A stretch of 64,000 nt of DNA, taken from IMG/VR virus record IMGVR_UViG_3300031994_000089, positions 3,154 through 67,153 of that record. One strand, written 5' to 3'. Within the stretch, counting starts at the first letter, position 1; each line of letters opens with the position of its first letter. The notes under the pieces are model-generated. The model was not told the DNA's origin, ran no database searches, and worked only from the letters and a program-made list of their open reading frames with translations. The position numbers and the translations under genes were made by a program. This document shows, piece by piece, positions 28,521 through 38,750 of the stretch. Source of the DNA: a virus (lineage: Duplodnaviria > Caudoviricetes).

Positions 28521-29237
28521 TTAATCATTAGTTGGTCTTTTTACAATAGTATATCTACATTTATAAGTTTTATTATAATCATAAGTTCCAGATAGTGGAT
28601 ATGCTCTTGTTGTTTTATTATAATTATCTACAGGGAATAACAATGTAGATGTACTAGGATTAGTATTATTGGCTATTACCTGATCCCATTTTAAGAATTC
28701 ATATCCATCATCAATATCTGCATCAATATATAAATAATTAGGATTATCACCAGTTATATCTTTTGTTTTTGTTTTAATATCTATAATATTCATAGAAGAT
28801 AATTCAGCTAATATGTTTTCTATTTGATTCAATCTATAGTTATCATATTTGAGATTATCAGTATGCCTACATAATACTTTCTTTATTAATCCTAACATTA
28901 CTGGAAGCTTGGTGACTTCCTCTATTATATTAGAAATTATACTAGTTCCTCTATCATTATCTTCATATTTGTAATCATCAGATGGTTGAGAATCACTATA
29001 TAGTGGAACGTATAATGATGGATCTGTTATAAATGGTTGAAAATCATCTGGATTCCTGGTTACATTTTTCTTTTCTCTATAAGTATCATCACCAGTACCT
29101 ACAATAATTCTACCAGGTGATTTGCCTATTCCTGTACCTTCTGGGTATTCTAAAAATATTTCGCTATTTAACAAAGTAATATTTTCTTGTAATGCTTGAT
29201 CTATATTGCCTCTACGAGGCCTCAAATATTTACCCAT
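28521..29237 (-). CDS. tail fibre/adaptor-like protein with Mtd_N (hyaluronidase N-terminal-like) domain
   Basis: LRPRRG....NITLLNSEIFLE...GRIIVGTG matches the Mtd_N pattern; late promoter upstream. Confidence 0.65.
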   Translation of the reverse strand: MGKYLRPRRGNIDQALQENITLLNSEIFLEYPEGTGIGKSPGRIIVGTGDDTYREKKNVTRNPDDFQPFITDPSLYVPLYSDSQPSDDYKYEDNDRGTSIISNIIEEVTKLPVMLGLIKKVLCRHTDNLKYDNYRLNQIENILAELSSMNIIDIKTKTKDITGDNPNYLYIDADIDDGYEFLKWDQVIANNTNPSTSTLLFPVDNYNKTTRAYPLSGTYDYNKTYKCRYTIVKRPTND

Positions 29238-29268
29238 TCTAAATTACCTCCTCAACAATTTTAGTAAT

Positions 29269-29282
29269 ATTATATAGGTGTT
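29269..29282 (-). promoter_or_regulatory. putative late promoter AACA-CCTATA-TAAT
   Basis: AR9-type AACA-N6-TA upstream of tail gene. Confidence 0.6.
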
Positions 29283-29326
29283 TTCAAGAGAGTATACCTT
29301 TTATTTGGTATACTCTCTTGTATATT

Positions 29327-30526
29327 TTAATATTCATCTTCTTCTGTTTTATCAAGATTATCAAGTTTAGAATAATCAAACCATATACCATAAGATTTCT
29401 TATTAAGAATATTCTTCTTCGTAAGTTTTATTCTAAGATCCTGATACATCTGAACTACATTTTCCCAATGTTTTCTTTCTGCATCAGATATTCCAGGAGT
29501 ATTATAAATATAATCTGTAAGAATATTTATTCTTGTATTTATTCCTCTGAGAGCATACATAGCTTCATTTTCATCGGAAGCAGATTTTACAAGTATAGCA
29601 TACTCATAGTAATCATTTTCTATAGCTCTAAGTCCACTAGTTTTAAGTGACTTAAAGATACTAACTTCGCTAAGTGGAATATTATTAGCATCTATAAATT
29701 TAGTTAAAGAAACAGATTCATCAACCAATTCATATCCAGTTCTATTTATAGCTACAAGAGTTTTATCTATAGTATCTTGAATCAGCTTAGATCCAGTAAG
29801 GGCTTTTGCGTCTTCTAATGTAGATTTAATCAATGCATAATTAATTCTAATATCTCTATATACCATAAAAGCCCATTGAAGAATTATAACTTTAGGAAAA
29901 TTATCATAAATAGAAATATTTTCATAATCTAATTTAGATACCTTGTCGATCATCTCATCTGTATAGAATTTAAAATCATATTTTCCATATAATGAAGATG
30001 ATAACTTATTAAATGTATCTTTGATAGCATATATTATTATAGCATTAGCATTGATAGAATCCTTGATAGATATAGTGTCCATAGAGGCAGTATAAATATC
30101 TATAAGCCCCTTTACTTTATCTACTATATCAGCGGACAACATAATTTCTACATCATGTAAAAGCATCTTTGTAATATCTTCTGGAGTTAATCCTTCCATA
30201 AATAACTTAGAATCAATCTCTACGACATATTCTCTGATTCTAAATTGAGTATCTCTATCTTCAAATAAAATATTCATAAGATCATAATTTGATATTTTTG
30301 GATCAATATAGATACCAAAAGGTAGTTTATCTATATTTACTGTATAAATAACTTTTGTACATTTGGCTTGATCAAATAAAACGTTCAATGATCTACAAAT
30401 TTCATCTAATCTATCAGAATTAATTCCTATTGAATCTGTATTATCAGATAGAGCTATAATAATATTTTTGATAGCTTGCTCTTTTTCTTCGACAGAAACA
30501 ATATCTTTATTTATTACATTCATCAT
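29327..30526 (-). CDS. probable virion structural protein
   Basis: 399 aa; AACA-ATTAAG-TAAT upstream; no enzyme motif seen. Confidence 0.5.
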   Translation of the reverse strand: MMNVINKDIVSVEEKEQAIKNIIIALSDNTDSIGINSDRLDEICRSLNVLFDQAKCTKVIYTVNIDKLPFGIYIDPKISNYDLMNILFEDRDTQFRIREYVVEIDSKLFMEGLTPEDITKMLLHDVEIMLSADIVDKVKGLIDIYTASMDTISIKDSINANAIIIYAIKDTFNKLSSSLYGKYDFKFYTDEMIDKVSKLDYENISIYDNFPKVIILQWAFMVYRDIRINYALIKSTLEDAKALTGSKLIQDTIDKTLVAINRTGYELVDESVSLTKFIDANNIPLSEVSIFKSLKTSGLRAIENDYYEYAILVKSASDENEAMYALRGINTRINILTDYIYNTPGISDAERKHWENVVQMYQDLRIKLTKKNILNKKSYGIWFDYSKLDNLDKTEEDEY

Positions 30527-30685
30527 TCCATTCTCCTTTTATTTTTTATTAATATTTGTCGGTTACAAACAATTTTATTACTTAATTGTTCTTCAATAAA
30601 GAATTGTACAATTGTATATTATATAATTAATAATGATATCTATCACATCAGATTAATTCCGAAAAATAAAGGAGGATAATTAAAG

Positions 30686-31732
30686 ATGAAAGTAGAGAAT
30701 ATGCTTGGCTATAAGATATTTAAAGAAACAGAGGATGATTTAAAAATATATAGAATAATAAAGGTTAAACAATATCCAAATGGTGGATCACCCTCTACCA
30801 TGACAGTAAAAGATTTAGATACAAATGAAGAAAAGATTGTAAGAGTAGAAGATATGAAAGATTATACACCGTTAGTTCCGGATGGATATCTTACATTTAA
30901 TAAAGTTCATATTATAAATAATGGAGATGTTTTAGAAGATGTAGTAATTACAGCATCTAAAATATTAAATCTTAAAATTGGAGATACTATACCATATGCA
31001 GTATGTAGACAATCTTGTACAGATATTTTCTATAACCTTGTATGTAAAGATGAATCTGATATGATTGTAGGACTATCTATAAATCAAGATGATTGTCCAA
31101 CAAATTTTGATTTTAGAGAAATTCTTGCATGTGATGGAGTTGATAAAACTCAATATGTAAACTATTATAGAATGGATACATTGGAAGATGTAATGCCGAT
31201 GATTAAAACTCATGGATTAAATGAAGTTATGCAGAAGAACTTTATGAAACATGTAAAAGCCACCGGTGATTCTTCTATAGCATTTAAGAATGAAGATAAG
31301 GGTTGGTGTAAAGATATAGAAACTCTTATGAGAGAAAATAATTTCCAATCGGATATAGATCAGATGCTTGGTATAACAGCTGTAGATTTTAAGATATCAG
31401 ACTATATTATTAAAAAGAATATTACTAAAGAAGAAGAGTATGATTCATTCACTGATGATTTGACTAATTGGTTAAAGGGAATATTTAGAGTAAATATTAA
31501 TAATATTAATGTAGTAAAATATGATTATGATATAGATTTAGCAGAATTCAATAATGCTAGATATTTCTTATTAAGAGACAATACAAATACATTGTATTTA
31601 TGTGTATATACAATAGATGATAGTGCATTGGAAATCGATCTTATAAATAAGATTAATGAACCTAATGTTTCTGATTTTGTATTAAAATTTTACAATAAGT
31701 ACAACCAAAATAATAAAAATAATAATGACTAA
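30686..31732 (+). CDS. hypothetical protein
   Basis: 348-aa ORF, AAGGAGG RBS. Confidence 0.75.
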   Translation: MKVENMLGYKIFKETEDDLKIYRIIKVKQYPNGGSPSTMTVKDLDTNEEKIVRVEDMKDYTPLVPDGYLTFNKVHIINNGDVLEDVVITASKILNLKIGDTIPYAVCRQSCTDIFYNLVCKDESDMIVGLSINQDDCPTNFDFREILACDGVDKTQYVNYYRMDTLEDVMPMIKTHGLNEVMQKNFMKHVKATGDSSIAFKNEDKGWCKDIETLMRENNFQSDIDQMLGITAVDFKISDYIIKKNITKEEEYDSFTDDLTNWLKGIFRVNINNINVVKYDYDIDLAEFNNARYFLLRDNTNTLYLCVYTIDDSALEIDLINKINEPNVSDFVLKFYNKYNQNNKNNND

Positions 31733-31828
31733 AAGTAATATATCTTTTGGTTATATATTATAATTATGATAGAGGTTTAAAGCTCATTTACTCTATCAAA
31801 AAATATCATTATAAGGAGGATACTAAAC

Positions 31829-32560
31829 ATGAGCAAAGAAAACGTACAGAAAAGAGATAAGTTTGTAATTGACATTGAGCCGCAGGAGTTTAGTCCTATT
31901 GGTGCATTCAAATTAACAACTTCATCTGATCTGGGAAAACTGGCCTATCAGGTATTCAGTGGAGCATTTGAGGATTTCGAAGGATTGATCTTTGAGCCGG
32001 GTGTAAACGGTGGTGAGCCTACTTATTCACTTATCTTTAATCATGGTAAGTATGATGAAGATGCAGTAGTTGGTGTTGTATCAGCTATAAATCAGGATAA
32101 GGGTGAAGGTTCAGCAAATCCATTAGACAGAATTCGTAGAATGGATAATGTTTATGCTAATGGAGCAAAGTATCTTGCAACAGAAGATCTTAAGGATGTT
32201 GTAGAAAAGCTTCTTGTTCCGGGCCTTTACAACAACGGAAAGCCAAAGTGGGGTGCTATTGTAGTTGATTATGCTGAAAGATCACAGTATAATCTTTATG
32301 CACCAAATGCAGTAACACAGTATACTAAGATCAACGGTATATCTGCAAAGAGACTCGCAAGTTTCATTTATGGTTATGAAGTTGATGGTGACAAGTTCGA
32401 TTATGAAGTTAGAGTAGTTGGTCCAGCTAATACTCAGATGATGGGTGGAAAGACTATCAATTGGGTTCTTCAGATCAGTAGAGCTTCACTTTCAGAAGTT
32501 ACTGAGCTGTACAAGGCTTACGGATATAATCCTACTGCTAGTAACATCATTAAGAACTAA
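31829..32560 (+). CDS. hypothetical early protein with high-expression codon bias
   Basis: TTATATATTATA at 31751-31762; frequent AAG/AAC/TTC/ATC codons. Confidence 0.75.
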   Translation: MSKENVQKRDKFVIDIEPQEFSPIGAFKLTTSSDLGKLAYQVFSGAFEDFEGLIFEPGVNGGEPTYSLIFNHGKYDEDAVVGVVSAINQDKGEGSANPLDRIRRMDNVYANGAKYLATEDLKDVVEKLLVPGLYNNGKPKWGAIVVDYAERSQYNLYAPNAVTQYTKINGISAKRLASFIYGYEVDGDKFDYEVRVVGPANTQMMGGKTINWVLQISRASLSEVTELYKAYGYNPTASNIIKN

Positions 32561-32581
32561 TTTAGCTTTTATAAGCTAAGG

Positions 32582-32611
32582 ATTGGACCAGGTGAAATAT
32601 CCTGGTCCAAT
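32582..32611 (+). terminator. intrinsic terminator hairpin
   Basis: ATTGGACCAGG / CCTGGTCCAAT then T-tract. Confidence 0.75.
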
Positions 32612-32676
32612 TTATTTTTATTTTTTGATTGTTATTAAAACATTGTGTGTAATAATATAAAAGGAGGTAATATATA

Positions 32677-33090
32677 ATGGCTTTTGATGATTCAATGAGA
32701 TGTCATATATTTAAAGATTATGGGATTACTTTTGACGAAAAAGGTAGCACTTGGGGAACAGTGAGAAAAGTACAATGGTTGAAAGATGGAAAGGAACCAG
32801 ATGAAACTAAAGCAAAAATAGAGATAAGAAAACTTACACAAACATCTGAAGGTGAGAGAATAATGAAAGGTTATACATTTTCTACACCAGAAGGTCCTGG
32901 CGAATTGATAATAGGACTTATAGATAATGGTTTCGGTGATACAAAAGATATATTAAGATCTGTGAGAAAAAGAAAAGATTTCTTAGAAGCTGCTAAAACT
33001 ATAAATGAAGATAATGATGAGAATGATAGTGGCGAAACTTTTGATATGAGAGATTTATTATTGGGGTATACAGAAGAAGAGGTTGAATAA
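32677..33090 (+). CDS. PC4/YdbC-like ssDNA-binding protein
   Basis: TVRKVQW..KIEIRKL..ERIMKGYTF resembles YdbC (ELNLISW..KYDIRxW..KMGKGITL); acidic tail. Confidence 0.55.
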   Translation: MAFDDSMRCHIFKDYGITFDEKGSTWGTVRKVQWLKDGKEPDETKAKIEIRKLTQTSEGERIMKGYTFSTPEGPGELIIGLIDNGFGDTKDILRSVRKRKDFLEAAKTINEDNDENDSGETFDMRDLLLGYTEEEVE

Positions 33091-33513
33091 ATGGAAGAAA
33101 TAAGAAAAATAGCAACTATATTTGCTGATGATGATGAATTCTTAGATTTCATCATTGCCCCATTGATTAACAGCGAAGAATATACTTACAGTATGGATAA
33201 AAACAAAGATCATAAATATATTGTAAATATTTATAAAAAATGCAATAATTCATTTTGTTTAGATAAGAAAGAAGAAATAGATCTGACGGGTAAAAATAAT
33301 TTCTTTTGTATGTGCAATAAATGTTTTACTAAATTTGATTCATTAGAAGATCTAGAAAATAGATGTACAGAGACTGTTGAGTACAATAAAGAATTTGCAC
33401 CATTTACAGCAAATTGTGATAGGTTAGAAGAAAAATATTTAGATAGAGTTTTTATTTGCTATAAATGTAAAAATAAAATATCAATAAGACTTATAAATGT
33501 AAAAATAGAATAG
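33091..33513 (+). CDS. Cys-rich hypothetical protein
   Basis: CMCNKC and CYKC clusters plus further Cys. Confidence 0.65.
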   Translation: MEEIRKIATIFADDDEFLDFIIAPLINSEEYTYSMDKNKDHKYIVNIYKKCNNSFCLDKKEEIDLTGKNNFFCMCNKCFTKFDSLEDLENRCTETVEYNKEFAPFTANCDRLEEKYLDRVFICYKCKNKISIRLINVKIE

Positions 33514-33552
33514 CAATAAGAATTATAAATTCTTTTTGAACAGGAGTAAAAT

Positions 33553-34638
33553 ATGGTAGATGATAGTTATACTGTAGATTTAGCTACAATTATTTATGGA
33601 TCTTATGTAAAAATGGATCGTTTGCAACAAATAGTATTTGATACATTTGCAAATACATCTATTGCTGAAGCTACACATCTTAATATATTTATAGATCTTT
33701 ATTCTACATTACATCCAATATTTTCTGAGCATTATAGAGTTAATATAGAAAACTATACTGATGTAACTGCTGGAGTAATTAATATGTGTGGGCATTATAG
33801 AAAATTCTTTAGAGGACTTGGAGTTCACACGACATTCTATCTTGTATATTCAGATAATATTTGTGATTTTAATAGGAAATTTGTTGCCGGATATAATGAT
33901 ACATTTTTTAGAAAATCAAAAATTAAAATGTTTAGAGAAATAGTAGATACTAATTTAGATTTATTAGCAACTATGTGTCCATATCTTCCAGATATTCATT
34001 TTATAAAATCTATAAATAATTGGGAATCTGGAGTAATCATTGCTAATATTATAGAAACACTTAACGATGGTTCGCCAAATCTTATTATTAGTAGAGATTT
34101 ATATCCAATTCAATTATGTGCTTTATATCCTTGGACCAGTTATTTGTATCCTTTAAAGCATAGAGGTGGAATAGATGCTTCTATAATGGTTCCATTGAAT
34201 GAAAAATATAATTTTAGAAGTGAATTTTGGAAATTGTATCTTAAAGATAAATTGGGAGAACACAAAATAGATTTATCCACCATATCTCCATTAAATATGC
34301 CACTATTATCTGCTATTAATGGTTTGCGTTGCAGAGATATAAATATATTACATAATATATCTAGTGCTAAAAAAGTAATTTTCTCTATAACTAATGGAGA
34401 AGATATAAAAATCGATGCATTTCAATTAATGAGTAACGAATATGTATCAAAAATCATCAATATACAGCAGGTAGAATCAAGATTAAAAGCATTAGATGTA
34501 AGTTTTATATTACCATATTATAAACAAGATCCGGAATCTGCAGGATATAATTTTATTAATATAGAAGATAATGGTGCTATTAATAAGATTAATGCTAAAT
34601 ACTTTGAAAATAATCCATTAGAATTAAATAAATTATAA
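33553..34638 (+). CDS. 5'-3' exonuclease/RNase H-like (PIN/FEN fold) protein
   Basis: IFIDL, YLVYSD, WES, IISRD acidic motifs in FEN/T4 RNase H order. Confidence 0.5.
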   Translation: MVDDSYTVDLATIIYGSYVKMDRLQQIVFDTFANTSIAEATHLNIFIDLYSTLHPIFSEHYRVNIENYTDVTAGVINMCGHYRKFFRGLGVHTTFYLVYSDNICDFNRKFVAGYNDTFFRKSKIKMFREIVDTNLDLLATMCPYLPDIHFIKSINNWESGVIIANIIETLNDGSPNLIISRDLYPIQLCALYPWTSYLYPLKHRGGIDASIMVPLNEKYNFRSEFWKLYLKDKLGEHKIDLSTISPLNMPLLSAINGLRCRDINILHNISSAKKVIFSITNGEDIKIDAFQLMSNEYVSKIINIQQVESRLKALDVSFILPYYKQDPESAGYNFINIEDNGAINKINAKYFENNPLELNKL

Positions 34639-34650
34639 GGAGATCGTGAT

Positions 34651-34881
34651 ATGAGTGCTACAATTATATATACTTGTCCATTATGTGGTCATGATTTAAA
34701 CACTTATCAAATAACCACAAACCCACCAATTGATGTTTTAGAATGCCCAAATTGTAAATGGAAAAGTGAAGAAAAACAATCTGTTTTTAGAACACCATAT
34801 AATGATAATCTTAAATTGGTAGCATCACCAACAGATGATTCTGTAAATTTAACAATAGGGGCAGAAAAACTTACCAATTAA
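34651..34881 (+). CDS. zinc-ribbon protein
   Basis: CPLCG and CPNC. Confidence 0.65.
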   Translation: MSATIIYTCPLCGHDLNTYQITTNPPIDVLECPNCKWKSEEKQSVFRTPYNDNLKLVASPTDDSVNLTIGAEKLTN

Positions 34882-34903
34882 TGATATAAAATGTACATTA
34901 AAT

Positions 34904-34933
34904 AACCCAGAGGATTAATACATCCTCTGGGTT
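34904..34933. terminator. bidirectional terminator
   Basis: AACCCAGAGGAT / ATCCTCTGGGTT between convergent genes. Confidence 0.7.
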
Positions 34934-34944
34934 TTGTTTATTTT

Positions 34945-35478
34945 TTAGAAATACATTGATGGATTGCTTTTGTTCTCTTCATAATGCTTTTTGATTTTAT
35001 CAATTTCTTCGGTTACTATACCATTTTCAAGATCATACTTTTCAACCAACTGTTCATATTTTTTATACTCGTCTTTTATGTGTCGGTATTCGTCTCTAAC
35101 ATGTAACTGTCCATTGGTTAGAGAATTAGAAAATTCTATTATAGACCATCTTATTCGAGAAATTTCTGCCATCTCATTGCTATATATTAATTCATCAATG
35201 GCTTCTTTTTCTTTCTCTTGATCTTCACGCATAGACTCTATCTGTGCAGTGAGGTCTTCTTTGAGTTCTTTTATATTTTGCTTAAATTCCTTACGCATTT
35301 CTTCAATTTCATTATGAATTGGTTTAAATATAAATTTAACCAAAGAAGATAATGGATTAAATTTTATTTTGGAGACTTCAATAAATATAGATAGAAAGAT
35401 AATAATTTCTATAACATGTTGGCTCATCCAAACTAAAATCTTTTGAAGCGCATCGATTAATAATGTGCTATTCTGCAT
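34945..35478 (-). CDS. membrane protein, putative holin-like/lysis-associated
   Basis: N-terminal hydrophobic helix, IKFNPLS motif, coiled coil, R..I..F and YE..NG C-terminus typical of Firmicute phage lysis-region proteins; CACA-N6-TAAT upstream. Confidence 0.45.
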   Translation of the reverse strand: MQNSTLLIDALQKILVWMSQHVIEIIIFLSIFIEVSKIKFNPLSSLVKFIFKPIHNEIEEMRKEFKQNIKELKEDLTAQIESMREDQEKEKEAIDELIYSNEMAEISRIRWSIIEFSNSLTNGQLHVRDEYRHIKDEYKKYEQLVEKYDLENGIVTEEIDKIKKHYEENKSNPSMYF

Positions 35479-35593
35479 GGTCTCTCTCCTTTCTTTAAAA
35501 ATTTAATCACGAATATGATCATTTTATATTATTGTAATGTGAAATTTTATAATCGATAGATAATTTCACTACATAATAAGGAGGTGTATAATT

Positions 35594-35902
35594 ATGATAT
35601 CTATATTTGATATTGAAGGACATATGTGCATATGCACAGATAAATCTATTACTATAGTAGATTCCAATAATATTCCTGACAATGATATATGTAGATTTCT
35701 CAATATATTAAAAAATAAAATAGATGAAAATCCTAAATTGAAAAATAAATATAAAAGATCAGTAAAAAGTTGGAAAGAGGAATGGGTTAGCTATAATAAA
35801 ATACATAAGAATAAATTATTTAAATTATCTGCAAAAGATATTAAATTTAGCGAAAATAAATCTATACTAATATTAATGATATATAAATTTTTAGGAAAAT
35901 AA
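35594..35902 (+). CDS. hypothetical protein
   Basis: 102 aa, AAGGAGG RBS. Confidence 0.65.
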   Translation: MISIFDIEGHMCICTDKSITIVDSNNIPDNDICRFLNILKNKIDENPKLKNKYKRSVKSWKEEWVSYNKIHKNKLFKLSAKDIKFSENKSILILMIYKFLGK

Positions 35903-35964
35903 AATGTTATATAATAGGAGGTATACTTAATAGTATACCTCCTTATTATTTTATAAAAATAAAT

Positions 35965-36405
35965 TTACTTTTTATCATCTTTATCATCTGAAGAAGCAGC
36001 AGCTTTAACTTTACTAGCTGTCTTGATGTAATTCTTCTGTGCAACCTTAGCGATCTTGGCAGCCTTGGTTCCATACTTATCCATAATCTTCTGAATACAT
36101 TCTTTTCTAAGTTTCTGATACTTAACAAGCTTTACCCAATTAGGATCATTTGCAGCCTTTGCAAGTTGATAAGCGATAAGCTTTGTTCTACGAAGTTCAT
36201 CTGACTTCTTATCAAGTCTCATCATTACGGGCTTAGAAAGCACTGCCTTTTCTACAAGAATTTTAGCTTCTTCTGATTCACAAAATGACTTAATATCATC
36301 AGATGGCATTCTAATAATATCATCAACAAAATATGCTTCTAGAATTTCTTTACTATTTCCTATTTTCTCGATATTGTCAATAGGCTTAGCTCCATATAGA
36401 CTCAT
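35965..36405 (-). CDS. probable virion protein (acidic N-terminus, basic C-terminus)
   Basis: Late promoter AACA-TTATAT-TAAT at 36489-36502; biased codon usage. Confidence 0.55.
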   Translation of the reverse strand: MSLYGAKPIDNIEKIGNSKEILEAYFVDDIIRMPSDDIKSFCESEEAKILVEKAVLSKPVMMRLDKKSDELRRTKLIAYQLAKAANDPNWVKLVKYQKLRKECIQKIMDKYGTKAAKIAKVAQKNYIKTASKVKAAASSDDKDDKK

Positions 36406-36532
36406 TTTTGAAATCCTCCTTTAATTAAAATATGATTATGATGGTTTTATTTTGATGACTTTTTAACTGATAATAATATATTATCCGTATTAATATAATG
36501 TTCTATTATTCAATTTATATAGATATATATTG

Positions 36533-36935
36533 TTAACTAAATTGAATATTCTGTATTAGTTTTGTATCACTTAATACTTTGGTAAAAGCATATATACTTT
36601 GTATAGCGTCGCCTTCAGAAGCCTTAGAAGGTTTTCCACCAAAAGTAATAAAGTTTTGTTTTGATTTCATAAATTCTTCTAGTTCTTGATTTGCTTCTTC
36701 GGTATATACACCTTTAACGGTAATCTGATCACCATCGTAATCTCCACCCATACCTTTAAGATATAAATTAGAAAAATTCATCGTATCTATAAATTTATTT
36801 GATGTATCTATACCAATATCTTCTTCTCTGATCTTTGGATAATATTCATAATAAACATTATCTATTGTCATAGGTTCAGACTCTTTAGTACAACTTACAG
36901 TAACTTTTGTAACAATTTGATTTGTGAAAGAATCG
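36533..36935 (-). CDS. rpoC: virion RNAP beta' subunit, exon 2 (catalytic DYDGD)
   Basis: GGDYDGDQ; frame open upstream of the ORF-track start; splicing restores RFPIDSFTNQ. Confidence 0.88.
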
Positions 36936-37278
36936 CGTGCTGACTATATCATATCCCTTATTACTATTACCATAATAGAGGGATCTCCCTTTTTCGGATA
37001 TATATCCTACTCTACTCGTTTATTCATATATAAATTTCTTTATATATTATACTTTCGATAGTCGATGAACGTTTATTAATAATTATTAATAATTCGCTGC
37101 TGATTGTCTATTATTATAATACTTAGGCTTACTATCACCATATATCATCTCTCTACTTGTTTCTGACTTTCGTCTCCATATAGGCAAGAGAGCATTAAGA
37201 GTTTCCAGCAATTAAAGGAGTTATTCGATGACCATTTCTGGCCAAAGCCACCGATCTTGTTACATTGTAACAACGTTA
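36936..37278 (-). ncRNA. group I intron (343 nt, no ORF) in virion RNAP beta'
   Basis: P TAATTGCTGGAAA, Q AATCAGCAG, R GTTCATCGACTA, S TGATATAGTC; 5' exon ends in U, intron ends in G; IGS AGAUCG-GUGG pairs with both exons. Confidence 0.9.
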
Positions 37279-38660
37279 ATGGGAAATCTTGTAATTAGTA
37301 CATGCTTGCCTTTTATAGCTTCCATACAAGCAATAAAGAAAACATCGCACCAGGTTAAACGTCTTTGATAAATAGCTTCTGGGTTTTCTGTATTTGGAAT
37401 ATTTCCATATCTTCCTTTAAACATCATATAATATTTTTCTTTGGAATTTTTTACAGGAATTTCTATAGGTATAAATCTATCATTAAATCCGTGCAGAAAT
37501 CTTTCCATTTCTTTTATTATTCTATCATCAGAAAAATATATTTCTGGAGAATCTAATTCTAAATATTCTACTTGTCCTTTTTTATTTATAACAGGATATG
37601 TTTGTATACCATTAAATTCATTATCGAAAAATCTTCTAGTTTGATAAATTACAAAATCTCTAAATGCAGCAATACATGCAGACATTGGTATAGCAGAAGT
37701 TTCAAAATTAACTTTCATCCCTTCTGGTTTTTCTGTTTTTAATTCTGGTGCCGTGATTACTAATCTAGAAGCATAATTAGATGTCTTTGACATGTTAGCT
37801 CTTCTTAATATACCAAATTTACCTTGTATACCACGATTATTTATTTCTGATGAAGTAGATGAGGAGGCTCCGCAGAACCAATTATAAATATTCAATATAA
37901 TTTCTTGTACTCTACCATTCATTGCGTCAGTAGCATCAAACATGTAATCTTGTGTAGCTGTCAATGCATTAGATGCAACTATAAGATCATTATATAATTT
38001 ATTTATACCAGACAATCCAACTGTTCTAGATTGTGTTGTTGTATTCTTATCTCTATATAGTGGTGGTATTACTAAATATTTTCTTATAAAGATTTTATCT
38101 CTATTCTTTTCAAGATATTGTACATTGATATCTCTTTTTATAGAGGTATTCGTAGCAAATTTTAATTTAGATATATTCTTTCTGAGAAATTCTATACCTG
38201 TTTTACCAGCAGGATCAGAAATTAACTCTCCCTTTTCATTTATAGAAAAATTTTCTGTACCATGTACAATAGATCTAATATTTCTATCTATAGTACACCA
38301 AGATTTATAACATGATGGGTCCATAAACCATCCATGTAAATCTATGTAAGCAAATATACCGCCTCTTTCTTCTCGGGTTATTCCAAATATTGTATTTGAT
38401 AATAATCCATCATCTGATGGTATATTATTTTTTGCAAAAGCTCTAGGGTTTGTTATAGGTTGACAATTATTAACTTTAACAAATCTCTCCACATCCAATA
38501 TATCTAATCTAAGATGACGAGTTACTTTATCATATTGCTCTTCATTAAGAGACAATAATAATTCATTAGCTTCATTTAAAAAATCAGTAATATCTGAAGT
38601 ATTTCTAGATATTATAGATAATTCTTTTAATATTGAATCTGTACTAAAAATATCACTCAT
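37279..38660 (-). CDS. rpoC: virion RNAP beta' subunit, exon 1
   Basis: DDGLLSNTIFG..AYIDL, GKFGILRRANMSKTSNYASRLVI (beta' GKxGxxR..R.VI), TRFP; late promoter 38685-38698. Confidence 0.88.
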
Positions 38661-38684
38661 TATAATATTCTCCTTTCAAAGACT

Positions 38685-38698
38685 ATTAATTAGATGTC
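38685..38698 (-). promoter_or_regulatory. putative late promoter GACA-TCTAAT-TAAT
   Basis: Upstream of virion RNAP gene; near-identical to 26843-26856. Confidence 0.6.
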
Positions 38699-38750
38699 AG
38701 TATAAATCGATTTTGATTAGATATTATATGCAAGGAAAGGTAAATTTGAA

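Noticed and set aside
36533-36871. Independent 112-aa gene from the ORF track
   Set aside because: It is the 3' part of virion rpoC exon 2; the frame extends to the intron boundary at 36935
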